Of a DNA stretch of 64,000 bases, positions 23,119 to 32,398 are shown in pieces; positions within the stretch are counted from its first letter, which is position 1, and every line of letters begins with the position of its first letter. The stretch lies in IMG/VR virus record IMGVR_UViG_3300012930_000001, positions 1-64,000 of that record, one strand, 5' to 3'. A program made the translations under genes and the position numbers. The notes beneath the pieces were generated by a model that ran no database searches, was not told where the DNA came from, and was given only the letters and a program-made list of their open reading frames with translations. Source of the stretch: a virus.

Positions 23119-23375
23119 AAATACTACCGGCCCCGCTCTCATCCTACGAGGCGGAATTTCAAGACAAGACCTGCAAGTACTGCAGTGCGAAACTATCAGG
23201 CCCGGCCCTCTTTTGGGGTCCACACGACGGCGGCTATCAGTTGCCCGGCTTCGATTCGAAGCAATGGATTTACACGGAATGCCCACAGTGTGAATATCAG
23301 TGGTCGATGGGTAAGCTGGGCATCCAGCAGCTTAAGCATTTGGAGTTAGAGAATGAACAAAATCAACGTCAATGA
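23115..23375 (+). CDS. Zinc-ribbon protein (86 aa)
   Basis: CKYC...CPQC. Confidence 0.6.
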   Translation: MKILPAPLSSYEAEFQDKTCKYCSAKLSGPALFWGPHDGGYQLPGFDSKQWIYTECPQCEYQWSMGKLGIQQLKHLELENEQNQRQ

Positions 23376-23742
23376 AGACGGGCAGCTTTTACGAGCCCAG
23401 CTTTTAAACCACGGTATCGATTTCGTAAACGATATCCAAACAAAAGTCAACGCACTGTTCGACCTGAACAAATCTTTAGAGGGAGCCCGGTCGGCGGTCG
23501 CGGGCCGCGAGTCGGCAATTTACAGTGAGGTGTCACAGCAAATGAAAGATGGTAAGCCGGTGTTTTCAAATGACGCATCGAGAAAAGCAGAGGCGGTTCG
23601 GATAGCATCCGGCGATGCCATACTCGAACAGATGCGTAAGGATATGGCAGGAGCGGAAAAGTTGATAGCAAAAGCCAAGGCCTCAATAGACAACTCGTCT
23701 GCAATGGTCGGGTTGATTCGAAGCTTTCTGCACGGAGGATGA
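23353..23742 (+). CDS. Hypothetical protein (129 aa)
   Basis: Track ORF. Confidence 0.6.
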   Translation: MNKINVNEDGQLLRAQLLNHGIDFVNDIQTKVNALFDLNKSLEGARSAVAGRESAIYSEVSQQMKDGKPVFSNDASRKAEAVRIASGDAILEQMRKDMAGAEKLIAKAKASIDNSSAMVGLIRSFLHGG

Positions 23743-23743
23743 T

Positions 23744-23881
23744 ATGCCAGTAATTATCGTGTTTTGCTTTGGTGTTTTTTTCGGGATAGTATATGTGTCC
23801 CTAAGTTTGGTGCCGAGAAAATCGGCATCCGATGAACAGTTGAAAATACAGGCAGCTAGCTTGCGTGTGATGCGATGGTAA
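23744..23881 (+). CDS. Small membrane peptide (45 aa)
   Basis: Own translation MPVIIVFCFGVFFGIVYVSLSLVPRKSASDEQLKIQAASLRVMRW. GGAGGA lies upstream. Confidence 0.4.
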   Translation: MPVIIVFCFGVFFGIVYVSLSLVPRKSASDEQLKIQAASLRVMRW

Positions 23882-24020
23882 CACACCCCCGAATACAAAG
23901 ATGGGCTGCAAAATTGTGGCCCGTCACTCTGCTGTTAATGGCGCCGTACTTTTATTTCCGCGGCGTGCATTGGCTGGTAACTAACGGGCCGGGCCTTGTT
24001 ACCCGGAAATGGAGCGACCT

Positions 24021-24299
24021 ATGGACAAAGATGCATTTGTTTTTGACACACTTAACGAAAGAGAGCGACGGCGATACGCCGAGCTATTTGAAACGATTGG
24101 AAAACAGGCTCAGGAAATGTCGGTGGCCCTGAGAGATAAAAGAGACTTCGATATGATGTTAATTTTTCTGCAGTTTACGAACGGCATCGACAACGTAAAA
24201 GATTTCGTTAATACACTCTCAGAGGTGATGCGGGAAAAAAATAAAAAAGAGGCGGAGTTCCCGGAATTTATCCAAGATAATAAGGGCCCGATTCTATAA
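24021..24299 (+). CDS. Hypothetical protein (92 aa)
   Basis: Track ORF 24009..24299. ATG 24021 is preceded by GGAG. The competing ORF 23875..24132 overlaps it. Confidence 0.5.
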   Translation: MDKDAFVFDTLNERERRRYAELFETIGKQAQEMSVALRDKRDFDMMLIFLQFTNGIDNVKDFVNTLSEVMREKNKKEAEFPEFIQDNKGPIL

Positions 24300-24311
24300 C
24301 AGGAAAACCCA

Positions 24312-25187
24312 ATGGGAAAAGATTCAACGATTCAATTTTGTACGTCGACGTGGAATCCGTGGCAAGGCTGTATAAAGGTTTCGCCCGGCTGTAAATTCTG
24401 TTACATGTACCGCGATAAAGCACAGTACGGGCAAGACCCTATGGACGTACACCGGTCGAGCCTCCACACTTTCCATCTACCGTTGAGGCTGGCAAAGAAA
24501 GGCCCGGAGGTTATTTTCACTTGCTCGTGGTCGGACTGGTTTATCGACACAGCGGACCCGTGGCGGGATGATGCCTGGAAGATTATTCGAGACACTCCTG
24601 AACACTTCTATTTGATTTTTACCAAAAGAAGCGAAAGAATAAACGCCTGCCTACCCGCCGACTGGGGAAACGGATACGAAAACGTAATGTTAGTTGCTAC
24701 GGCTGAGAATCAGGAAATGGCTGACAAACGCGCGTCGGAACTGGTACAGGTTCCCGCGGCGTGGCGCGGGCTATCCTTGGAACCACTCTTGGGGCCGGTC
24801 GACGTGAGCAAATATTTGGCTATGGTTTGGGGTCAGTGGAACAATGGAGCCATCGGCTGCAAGCCTGCAATTAACTGGTTGGTGATAGGTGGAGAGAGCG
24901 GGAACGAAATGGGACAGTACCGCTACCGGCCCTGTGAAATGAACTGGATAAACCAGCTTGTCGAACAGGGTACGCGGGCCGGGGTGTCGGTGTTTGTAAA
25001 ACAGATGGGCACTTTCATTGCCAAGCGTTTGAAAATGGCAGACCGGCACGGCGGCGATATCGAAGAGTTTCCGCCCGTCCTCGCGATTAGACAGCACATC
25101 CCTGCCGTACAAAGGCGGCTGGATGAAAAGGAGGCGCTAAAAATTAATGACGTCAATAGACCTACGCAGAACAACCCACTTTTTTGA
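24312..25187 (+). CDS. Phage Gp37/Gp68 family (DUF5131) protein
   Basis: TWNPWQGCIKVSPGCKFCY...FTCSWSDWF...IFTKR... is the characteristic N-terminal three-Cys motif of this family. Confidence 0.75.
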   Translation: MGKDSTIQFCTSTWNPWQGCIKVSPGCKFCYMYRDKAQYGQDPMDVHRSSLHTFHLPLRLAKKGPEVIFTCSWSDWFIDTADPWRDDAWKIIRDTPEHFYLIFTKRSERINACLPADWGNGYENVMLVATAENQEMADKRASELVQVPAAWRGLSLEPLLGPVDVSKYLAMVWGQWNNGAIGCKPAINWLVIGGESGNEMGQYRYRPCEMNWINQLVEQGTRAGVSVFVKQMGTFIAKRLKMADRHGGDIEEFPPVLAIRQHIPAVQRRLDEKEALKINDVNRPTQNNPLF

Positions 25188-26763
25188 GAAACAAAACCTT
25201 GTTACTCAATCCTCAAGTAGTGGAGCGTTCGACAATTACAAATGCAGGCTTTGCGGCCTTACCGGAAAACGCTACGGGATATCCGAGGCTGTTGTTACCA
25301 AAAGCGCAAAGGCCAGTGAAGCTTGCCCTAAGGCCGTGGCCCCGGTGGGGTTGGAGCGGGTGATGATATCCAAAAGTTTTCACGGCGCTGTGGACGATGC
25401 CGATGAATTAAAACCGGGTACGATTCACGCCGTAGTTCCACCACCAAAAGAGTACGCAAAAAAATACCCTAACAATTTCGGTAACGTTTGGGTAATGGGC
25501 ACCGCGGAAACTCCGGTGCGATTGATAGGTGATGAATTTTCCACCGACATTGACCAGTCCAAGGTATTAGATATGGCAAAACAAAAAGTCTCAAAAGACC
25601 CGGACGCGATTGACGCGCCAGCGGGCGATGATGTACCGGAGTCACAGCTTGACCCGGAAATGGAAGCTGCCCTTGAACGTCACCCGGAACCGGCTGACAT
25701 AGCAGAGGAAGCGCTCGAGGAAAACGAGCCCGCGGCGGAAACACCCGCACCCAAAAAGAAAGCGAATAAAGGCTCTACAAAGGCTCGGAAAAAGAAACCC
25801 GCCAAAGTGCCCGCCCAAACACCCGAAACACCCGTGGCGGCCCCGGAGCCCGTCGCGCCGCCCGTCCTAGACCCGGACAGCCAGGCCCTTGTCGCGTATT
25901 TCGGAAATACCAAGGTGAAAAAGCTGGAAGAGTTGACGGCGGCTGAGCAAGCAGACCTTGATGTGCTTGAGGATGTGGTAGCCCGCGGTATCGACGGTTT
26001 CATTGAAACCGGCAAGGCTCTCAAGGAAATAAACGACCGGATGCTTTTCCGCAAAACCCACAAAAACTTTATCGACTACGCCCGTGATAAATTCCAACTC
26101 GGAAAATCTCAGGCGTACAAAACCATGAAGTCCGCCGAGGCCGCGGAGTTCATCAAGGATACGGCGGTTGAGGTAGACGGCGCGGTGGTCGAGGCATCGA
26201 ATGTCAGCATCAAGGCCGCGGGTGAGTTTGAAAGCATCAGCGATTTGGTTGACACCACAGACCTGTCAGCCGCGCAGGTGGCAGCGTTCACCGCGGACTT
26301 CGACCGATTTGCTTTGGAATTGGCTATAGAGTGTGCGCCGAAAATAAACGGCAAGGCCCAGCTATCGCAAAAACTTTTCCAATCCGTCAAGGAAGTGCTG
26401 ATGGATGCGGCCACGTTAAAGGCTGTGGAGATAGACGGCGAACACCACGAGGTTTCGGCCGCCCACATCGCTGTTACCCGCGGCACTTTCGAAGCCATGT
26501 TGCAAGACAAGCAACGCTGGGCGGATGATATCAAGGCTCGTCAGGAACGCCTTAATACTCCGCAGACCATACCGGCTAAGGGCGTCGACACCACGCCCGC
26601 GGCGGACGCCCCTACGGTCGAGATACGATGCTCGAAACACGGTAAGACCGACCTACGCGAATTCAAGGTTATATTCGCCGGGTTCGTTTTGAGTTGCGGG
26701 TGTAAATGGCGCCGGGTGGATGGCGAAGATATGCCAACCTACATGGGCAACGATAAGCCGTAA
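25147..26763 (+). CDS. Large hypothetical protein (538 aa) with acidic/Pro-rich linker and HTH-like middle domain
   Basis: Track ORF, overlapping DUF5131 by 41 nt. GKALKEINDRMLFRKTHKNFIDYARDKFQLGKSQAYKTMKSAE resembles DUF3102/ParB-type HTH (memory). Confidence 0.65.
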   Translation: MTSIDLRRTTHFFEKQNLVTQSSSSGAFDNYKCRLCGLTGKRYGISEAVVTKSAKASEACPKAVAPVGLERVMISKSFHGAVDDADELKPGTIHAVVPPPKEYAKKYPNNFGNVWVMGTAETPVRLIGDEFSTDIDQSKVLDMAKQKVSKDPDAIDAPAGDDVPESQLDPEMEAALERHPEPADIAEEALEENEPAAETPAPKKKANKGSTKARKKKPAKVPAQTPETPVAAPEPVAPPVLDPDSQALVAYFGNTKVKKLEELTAAEQADLDVLEDVVARGIDGFIETGKALKEINDRMLFRKTHKNFIDYARDKFQLGKSQAYKTMKSAEAAEFIKDTAVEVDGAVVEASNVSIKAAGEFESISDLVDTTDLSAAQVAAFTADFDRFALELAIECAPKINGKAQLSQKLFQSVKEVLMDAATLKAVEIDGEHHEVSAAHIAVTRGTFEAMLQDKQRWADDIKARQERLNTPQTIPAKGVDTTPAADAPTVEIRCSKHGKTDLREFKVIFAGFVLSCGCKWRRVDGEDMPTYMGNDKP

Positions 26764-27032
26764 AGGATTGTGACGGTCGCTCCGACACAAACCTGGAAAG
26801 TCTTGAGGGTCTTTGGTTCCAACCAAAAAGAAAAGGCTCTCAAGATTTACTGGGACACTTAAGAGCCTTGGCGCGATTTTAGCAAGTTTGTCAACGCTTT
26901 TTCGTTGGCAGCAAAAACAGGCTACCACGCTCTTGCAAACAGCGCAACTGTAAAATAAAATTTTGGCTCGGTCATTTTCCCGGTGTCAGGGACGGCACCT
27001 TTTTCCTGAAAATTCAGAAGGCGATTTTAGAA

Positions 27033-27974
27033 ATGCAAACCTCTAGCGTTCGGCAACCGCAGCGGGCACGGTATCTGAAAATTTATGACTGGCAACTATT
27101 GGCCACCGATGGGAACCAAGCAGCCGCGGCCCTGATTAACTTTTTCACTTTTCACCACGACCGGCTAATGTCCAACGCGGAATATCCGCAGGCGGAAAAT
27201 ACAAAAGGCTGGCAATTCCATACGGATGAGAATATCATCAACGGCGTACTCGGACTTTGGAAACGAGACACCATTTCAAAGGGCCTCGACAAACTGATAG
27301 CGATTGGTTTTCTTGAGGACAGCCCGCCCGCGGCGCTTGTGCAAACACTAAAGACGGGCCGCGTAAAAGGATTTAGATTTCGGGCCGACCACGTCCGCGT
27401 TTGGCTGGACGCATATGTAGCCCGTACCCATCCCACCAAACAAGGTAGCGGTGATGCTGAGTCTGACCCGCCCGGCCCGCTACCTCCCCCCAAAAAGAAA
27501 AAGACGGAACCAAAGAAAATCGACCCGACACTGGCAGGCCAGGCACGCGAGGTATTCGAGGACTGGAAAATTGTTCACATGCACCCGACCGCGATAGAGG
27601 GCGACCGGCTGAAATATATCGTGAAGCTTCTCAAGGCCGGGTGTACCGTTCCGCAATTAAAGCTTGTGAACCGCGGGGTTTTGTTTTCCGACTGGCATCA
27701 AGGCCGGAAAGAGGGCAGTACAAAAGTGTGGGATAAGGTGAGCATTGTTTTCCGGGATATTGAACAGGCCGAAATGTTCGAGCGGTTGGCCATTGAGAAT
27801 GGCGTCACCGCGGACAACCTTGACAAGTTCGGAAAGAAGCCAAAGCGCGAGGCCCGGCTGGAAGAGAAACCGAATTGGAAGCGGGCGATAGATAACTGTC
27901 CGCTGTGTGATGAGAAGGGATATATCGAACGTGACGCTGTCGTGAGTAAATGTTTACACGATAAAGAAAAATGA
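27033..27974 (+). CDS. Replication initiation protein (wHTH N-terminus, Phg_2220_C-like C-terminus)
   Basis: Sits immediately upstream of, and overlaps, dnaB. C-terminal DWKIVHMHPTA...RLKYIVKLLKAGCTVPQLKLVNRGVLFSDWHQG. Confidence 0.6.
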   Translation: MQTSSVRQPQRARYLKIYDWQLLATDGNQAAAALINFFTFHHDRLMSNAEYPQAENTKGWQFHTDENIINGVLGLWKRDTISKGLDKLIAIGFLEDSPPAALVQTLKTGRVKGFRFRADHVRVWLDAYVARTHPTKQGSGDAESDPPGPLPPPKKKKTEPKKIDPTLAGQAREVFEDWKIVHMHPTAIEGDRLKYIVKLLKAGCTVPQLKLVNRGVLFSDWHQGRKEGSTKVWDKVSIVFRDIEQAEMFERLAIENGVTADNLDKFGKKPKREARLEEKPNWKRAIDNCPLCDEKGYIERDAVVSKCLHDKEK

Positions 27975-29341
27975 CAAAACCAGATTATAGTAACCGGCGC
28001 GAACAGTTTTTAGAACAACCGTTACCCAGCAGCGAAGACGCCGAGCGCGTGATACTCGGGGCCGTGTTGCTGGATAACACGCTATTTGCTCAGGTCGCGG
28101 AAAAACTAAAGGCCGAGCATTTTTACAGCCCGTTAAATCGGCGTATCTTTTGGGCAATGTCCCGGCTATTTGAAACCGGAAAGAAAATCGACCCCATCCT
28201 TATCGGTGAGGAAATGAAAAAAGAGGGCTCGATAGATTCTATCGGCGGCATTACTACCATTACAAACCTGACCTACGGCTTACCACACTTTTCGAGTGTC
28301 GAGGCGTACATAACAACCGTTTATGATTATGCTCAGGTCCGCGAATTGATTCGAACATGCAACTGTATCACGTCTGAGGCCCTTGCCGGTGAGGAAGATG
28401 CTGGGCGGATTTTGGAACACGCTCAGGCTTTGATAAACGAAGTCACGGCCAAATCGCAAAAAGTGACGTTTCATAAGGCGAAAGAACTGGGCCGCGAGTC
28501 TATGCGGCGGGCTGTGATGCTGGCACAACGGGGCTACGGCGACAGGCTTACCGGCGTTCCTACAGGGTATCAACAGTTTGACCACGTAACGAACGGACTG
28601 CAAAAAACCGACCTGATTGTTTTAGGCGGACGGCCATCAATGGGTAAGAGTGCATTAGCCGGTTGCATCGCAGTGAACTCATCAGCGGCCCTGCCCGGCT
28701 GTGTGGTCGCGGTATTTACAATGGAAATGAGCAAAGAGCAGTACATCGACCGCATGATAGGTTCAATGGCTAGCGTGAACATCACGAATTACCGGAAGGG
28801 TGTTTTCACGGAAAGCGAATGGATACGCGTTACCCAAGCGCAGGCCCGACTGGAATCTTATAATATAGAGATAGATGATAGTGGAGGACTCACAACCCTT
28901 GAAATGAAGTCAAAGCTTCTGACGCTGCACGGCCTCTATCGACGGCTGGATTTAGTTCTGGTGGATTTTCTACAAAAGATGCACCCAAGTGTAAAAACGG
29001 ACAGCCGTCAACAGGAAGTTTCCCGCGTAGCCCAAGACCTAAAAAATATAGCGAAAGATTTCAAGGTGCCCGTGGTCGCTCTGTCCAGTTTAAGTCGCGG
29101 GCCGGAAACAAGAAAACCACCGAAACCGTTGATGAGTGACCTACGTGAGTCGGGCGACATTGAAAGCGAGGCAGACGTGATTGGTTTCCTTTACCGGGAT
29201 AATTTCTACAACCCAAGATCGAACCCGGCTGACGTGGAACTGAATATTGTGAAAAATAGAAACGGCGATACCCCGTTGATAAAGCTGAATTGGCTAGCGG
29301 AGTTCACACGGTTCGAGGACATACCGTCCTTTACGTATTGA
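27971..29341 (+). CDS. dnaB: Replicative DNA helicase DnaB
   Basis: N-terminal EDAERVILGAVLLDN...HFYSPLNRRIFWAM. Walker A GGRPSMGKSALA. LVLVDFLQKM. SSLSRGPE. Confidence 0.95.
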   Translation: MTKPDYSNRREQFLEQPLPSSEDAERVILGAVLLDNTLFAQVAEKLKAEHFYSPLNRRIFWAMSRLFETGKKIDPILIGEEMKKEGSIDSIGGITTITNLTYGLPHFSSVEAYITTVYDYAQVRELIRTCNCITSEALAGEEDAGRILEHAQALINEVTAKSQKVTFHKAKELGRESMRRAVMLAQRGYGDRLTGVPTGYQQFDHVTNGLQKTDLIVLGGRPSMGKSALAGCIAVNSSAALPGCVVAVFTMEMSKEQYIDRMIGSMASVNITNYRKGVFTESEWIRVTQAQARLESYNIEIDDSGGLTTLEMKSKLLTLHGLYRRLDLVLVDFLQKMHPSVKTDSRQQEVSRVAQDLKNIAKDFKVPVVALSSLSRGPETRKPPKPLMSDLRESGDIESEADVIGFLYRDNFYNPRSNPADVELNIVKNRNGDTPLIKLNWLAEFTRFEDIPSFTY

Positions 29342-29345
29342 GATT

Positions 29346-29361
29346 TTCCGCCAGGGCGGAA
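29346..29361. repeat. Palindrome TTCCGCCAGGGCGGAA (intergenic, 4 nt after the dnaB stop)
   Basis: Read directly. Confidence 0.9.
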
Positions 29362-29377
29362 TAAATTGGAGGCGATT

Positions 29378-29584
29378 ATGAGTTTGTTTGACTACAGAGA
29401 ATCCCGGCGAATCGAGGCCGAGATGTATCCTTTCTACAGTTTGATAATGGCAGCAATGCGGCAGGCGGATGATGTTAATATCGAAAAACTGCGCAGCGTT
29501 TTTCCTGAAATTTGGGCTGAGCTACGAGACCGGTATATGGCGCCGGGTGGATTACTACCTGAGGAAATAAAAACAGATGGATGA
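29378..29584 (+). CDS. Hypothetical protein (68 aa)
   Basis: ATG 29378 is preceded by GGAGG. Confidence 0.55.
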   Translation: MSLFDYRESRRIEAEMYPFYSLIMAAMRQADDVNIEKLRSVFPEIWAELRDRYMAPGGLLPEEIKTDG

Positions 29585-30239
29585 ACCACAGCCGACACTA
29601 TTAGAGACGTTTGATGAAATTCCCGAGCCGTGCCTACGCATTCCTTTTCAGTCGATGTTGTCAATTAACAACGTCCTCGGATTCGGCCTCAAGTGGCAGA
29701 TAGCCCGCGGCATGGTGGATACGTGGGGAAAGAACGCCCGGCAACGCGGCTGTGAGATTCTACGTGCCAGAGGCGTTGCTTTGGAGCCGGTAGAAATTGT
29801 TAAGGAGGGTAAGCCCAAGCCCATGAAAGACGGTTCACCGGGCAAGGTGCCCCGGTATTACACACGCTACGAGCGGGCCGTAGAAACAATTTTCCGTGAG
29901 CCGACTGGCATCATGGTTCGAATCTGGCGACCGAACGCCACGCCCTATGATATTCACAACCTTTTCATCAAGCCGGTACTCGACGGTTTCGTGGATATCA
30001 ATATCTTGCCCGATGACCAAAGCGAGTGGGTCCCGCAGCTAGGTTTCGATTTTCGCGGCGTCGACCGCGACCTGGCTTTTACCGCCGTCGAGCGCGAGGC
30101 CCGGAAAGAGTTTCAACAGGAACGCCTCGACAAAGGGAAAAAGAGAAAACCATTACCGGTTCGTTCCCGGATATGGTTTGATTTTTACCGCATGTCCCGA
30201 GTAGAGACGGGTAGCATGTTCAGCTTCAAAATCAAATGA
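29577..30239 (+). CDS. RusA-like Holliday junction resolvase (tentative)
   Basis: YDIHNLFIKPVLDGFVDINILPDDQSEWV aligns with E. coli RusA [26 protein letters not shown]. One catalytic Asp position is His here. Confidence 0.5.
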   Translation: MDEPQPTLLETFDEIPEPCLRIPFQSMLSINNVLGFGLKWQIARGMVDTWGKNARQRGCEILRARGVALEPVEIVKEGKPKPMKDGSPGKVPRYYTRYERAVETIFREPTGIMVRIWRPNATPYDIHNLFIKPVLDGFVDINILPDDQSEWVPQLGFDFRGVDRDLAFTAVEREARKEFQQERLDKGKKRKPLPVRSRIWFDFYRMSRVETGSMFSFKIK

Positions 30240-30844
30240 AAAACATAATAGTCAACATCGCAAAAATGGCTTTCTGGCTGGCACTCATTCCGGTGTTTCT
30301 GAAATGGTTCGGACCGTGGGGTGGTTTGTGGTTCGCTCTCACGGCGTTTGCACGGAACCTGCTCAGCACTTTCATGGGTGCTTATCGCAAGGGCTACCAC
30401 AAAGCCACCATGGACGGTGCTGCCTCGGAGGACGCGCGGCGGGCCGGGTTGGATGAAATGCGATTTATTGCCCGCACGATATTTTCCTTTTTCCTCGGGC
30501 CTGACCCGAACGATAAACGCCCACGGAAAAAAAAGAAATGGTACTTGCCTTTCATCGCCTACGGGTGTTATTGCGCGCCCGGCTACGGCAGCGATGGCCC
30601 AACCCACATCTACGAACCCATTGACCTTTATGACGGCGTCTGTGAGTGTCACGACTGGGCGATGGAGTCTGCAAAACTATTACCGGTAAATTCGCCGGAA
30701 TATGTTCACGCAAAAAACGCTGGCGACTGGGCATGCATGAAGGGCTGGATGAAGTCCGAGAATAGCGCCAATGGTGTTTTCATACTGGGCTCGGAGATTG
30801 GTTTCGGCGGGCGAATTATCGCAAGGACGCTGATGGCTCTATGA
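30236..30844 (+). CDS. Membrane protein with secreted-phospholipase-A2-like motif
   Basis: Two N-terminal TM helices, then Y109GCYCAPGYG...EPIDLYDGVCECHD140, compared with the sPLA2 pattern YGCYCG.GG...P.D..D.CC..HD. Confidence 0.55.
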   Translation: MKNIIVNIAKMAFWLALIPVFLKWFGPWGGLWFALTAFARNLLSTFMGAYRKGYHKATMDGAASEDARRAGLDEMRFIARTIFSFFLGPDPNDKRPRKKKKWYLPFIAYGCYCAPGYGSDGPTHIYEPIDLYDGVCECHDWAMESAKLLPVNSPEYVHAKNAGDWACMKGWMKSENSANGVFILGSEIGFGGRIIARTLMAL

Positions 30845-31263
30845 TAAAAAAGCAACCCTACCACAAAGGTTTCAAACGTCGGACGGCTGATGAGGTCGCG
30901 GAGCGGGCCGCCCGGCGCACAGCAAAAGCACTCGAACGCGGCGCGATACCGCACACGAAAAACGCCCGGACATTGCAGCATGACATTTGGGAACGCGAGT
31001 GGAAAGATGAATTTCGCCACATCAAAAACTGTGAGAATTGCGGCAAGCCTGAAACGGGCGACCGGGATTCAAAACTCACCATGATGCACGCATTGAAAAG
31101 AAACAAAATCGGCAGCCACCCTGAGCATCGAGCGGACTATATGCGGGCGGCGAAAGTATGCTGGGGTGAACACCGGCCCTACGACGAAGCGACCGGGGTA
31201 GACGTTCACCAAAAGATGGCCGATTTCGTTGATGGTCTTATAGCAAAGAGGCCGCGTCGTTAG
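30841..31263 (+). CDS. Basic Cys/His protein (140 aa), possibly HNH/NinG-like
   Basis: CENCGK...MMHALKRNKI...VCWGEH. Assignment is weak. Confidence 0.5.
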   Translation: MIKKQPYHKGFKRRTADEVAERAARRTAKALERGAIPHTKNARTLQHDIWEREWKDEFRHIKNCENCGKPETGDRDSKLTMMHALKRNKIGSHPEHRADYMRAAKVCWGEHRPYDEATGVDVHQKMADFVDGLIAKRPRR

Positions 31264-31273
31264 TTTTATTTAT

Positions 31274-31302
31274 TTGACAAATAGATAAACATTTGCGATA
31301 AT
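31274..31302 (+). promoter_or_regulatory. Sigma70-type promoter P3: TTGACA-N17-GATAAT
   Basis: TTTTATTTATTTGACAAATAGATAAACATTTGCGATAAT. Confidence 0.6.
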
Positions 31303-31362
31303 CAGCTTGCAGTCGGGGTCGGGACACTCTGGCTGACACCTCTTAGATGGAGCGATTTCAAA

Positions 31363-31599
31363 ATGTCAAACCTACAAATTGTTTACCGCGATTCTCGCAA
31401 GAGTATCCGCGGCCACTATGTCAACCCTTGGAGCGATACACTCACACTTTGCGGTCATAGAATCTGGACCGCACCGCAGGGCCGCTGGCGTCGACAAGAG
31501 CGGGCAACTGTTACCCCACTATCTCAACTGAACGGCGACTGTGCCGAGTGTGCAAGAAAAGCATTCGCTATGGAGGTCTACCGCCGTGAAAATAATTAA
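31363..31599 (+). CDS. Hypothetical protein (78 aa)
   Basis: Track ORF; first gene after P3. Confidence 0.55.
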   Translation: MSNLQIVYRDSRKSIRGHYVNPWSDTLTLCGHRIWTAPQGRWRRQERATVTPLSQLNGDCAECARKAFAMEVYRRENN

Positions 31600-32143
31600 C
31601 AGCACCCACTGGCGAACCGACCAGATGCGAAAGATAATCAGCAAAGTGGCGCGCGAGGAACTTTCGCCCGCACAGCGGAAAAATCTCAGGGTCGAGATTG
31701 GCTACAACCGGCCCGGCGAAAATCGCAGTGGCGAGGCCCGGTTTTATGTTTCCGGGTGGGCATATATCGGCGGCACCCTGATGAAGCTGAAAGTAAACAA
31801 AGACGGTATCGACCGCCTCAGCTTTGCCCGCACCACGGCCCACGAAATGGCCCACATACGCGGGCTGAATCACGACCGCATCCACGGTAAGGCTATCTAC
31901 GACTGGCGAGTGCCGGGCTCTGACGAGCTATATAAATGGGCGCTGTCTTTTCCATTGGACAGCCGGGAAAAGAAACAGACCGTGCAGGCTGATATGCGGG
32001 CTAAACGCTACGATGCAATTATGAGCCGTATCGCCGGGTGGCAGGTAAAAGCAAAGAGGGCTGCGAACGCCCTCAAGAAGCTGGCAAAACAGCGGCGGTA
32101 TTACGAGAGAGTGCTTGCGAACAAAGCACCGGAGGAAAAATAA
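31586..32143 (+). CDS. Putative zinc metallopeptidase (HExxH; SprT-like?)
   Basis: TTAHEMAHIRGLNHD. GTG 31586 is preceded by GGAGG. Confidence 0.55.
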   Translation: MKIINSTHWRTDQMRKIISKVAREELSPAQRKNLRVEIGYNRPGENRSGEARFYVSGWAYIGGTLMKLKVNKDGIDRLSFARTTAHEMAHIRGLNHDRIHGKAIYDWRVPGSDELYKWALSFPLDSREKKQTVQADMRAKRYDAIMSRIAGWQVKAKRAANALKKLAKQRRYYERVLANKAPEEK

Positions 32144-32392
32144 ATGGCCTGGCTAACTGAAATTCATAACACGCCCGCGGGCGATTACCCCTTTGTTCAA
32201 GACGAGCCCGATGGTTCGTACTGGGCTGAGATTTTTGAGCATGATATGCAAACGCATAAACAGATTCACGGCAACCGGCCTTGCGAGAAGGGCCGCGAGA
32301 ATTGCGTGCTATGTCAGGCGAATTTTCCAATAGCCGGGCCGTTCCCGGAACCGGCGTTGCACCCGGAATATTTTCGAGATATTCCATTATAA
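32144..32392 (+). CDS. Hypothetical protein (82 aa)
   Basis: Track ORF. Confidence 0.55.
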   Translation: MAWLTEIHNTPAGDYPFVQDEPDGSYWAEIFEHDMQTHKQIHGNRPCEKGRENCVLCQANFPIAGPFPEPALHPEYFRDIPL

Positions 32393-32398
32393 AATCTT

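Noticed and set aside
26653-26928. 91-aa minus-strand ORF in the region upstream of the replication initiator
   Set aside because: It overlaps the 3' end of 25147..26763 in antisense, has no SD and is isolated on the wrong strand. I treat the region as regulatory or origin-like instead.
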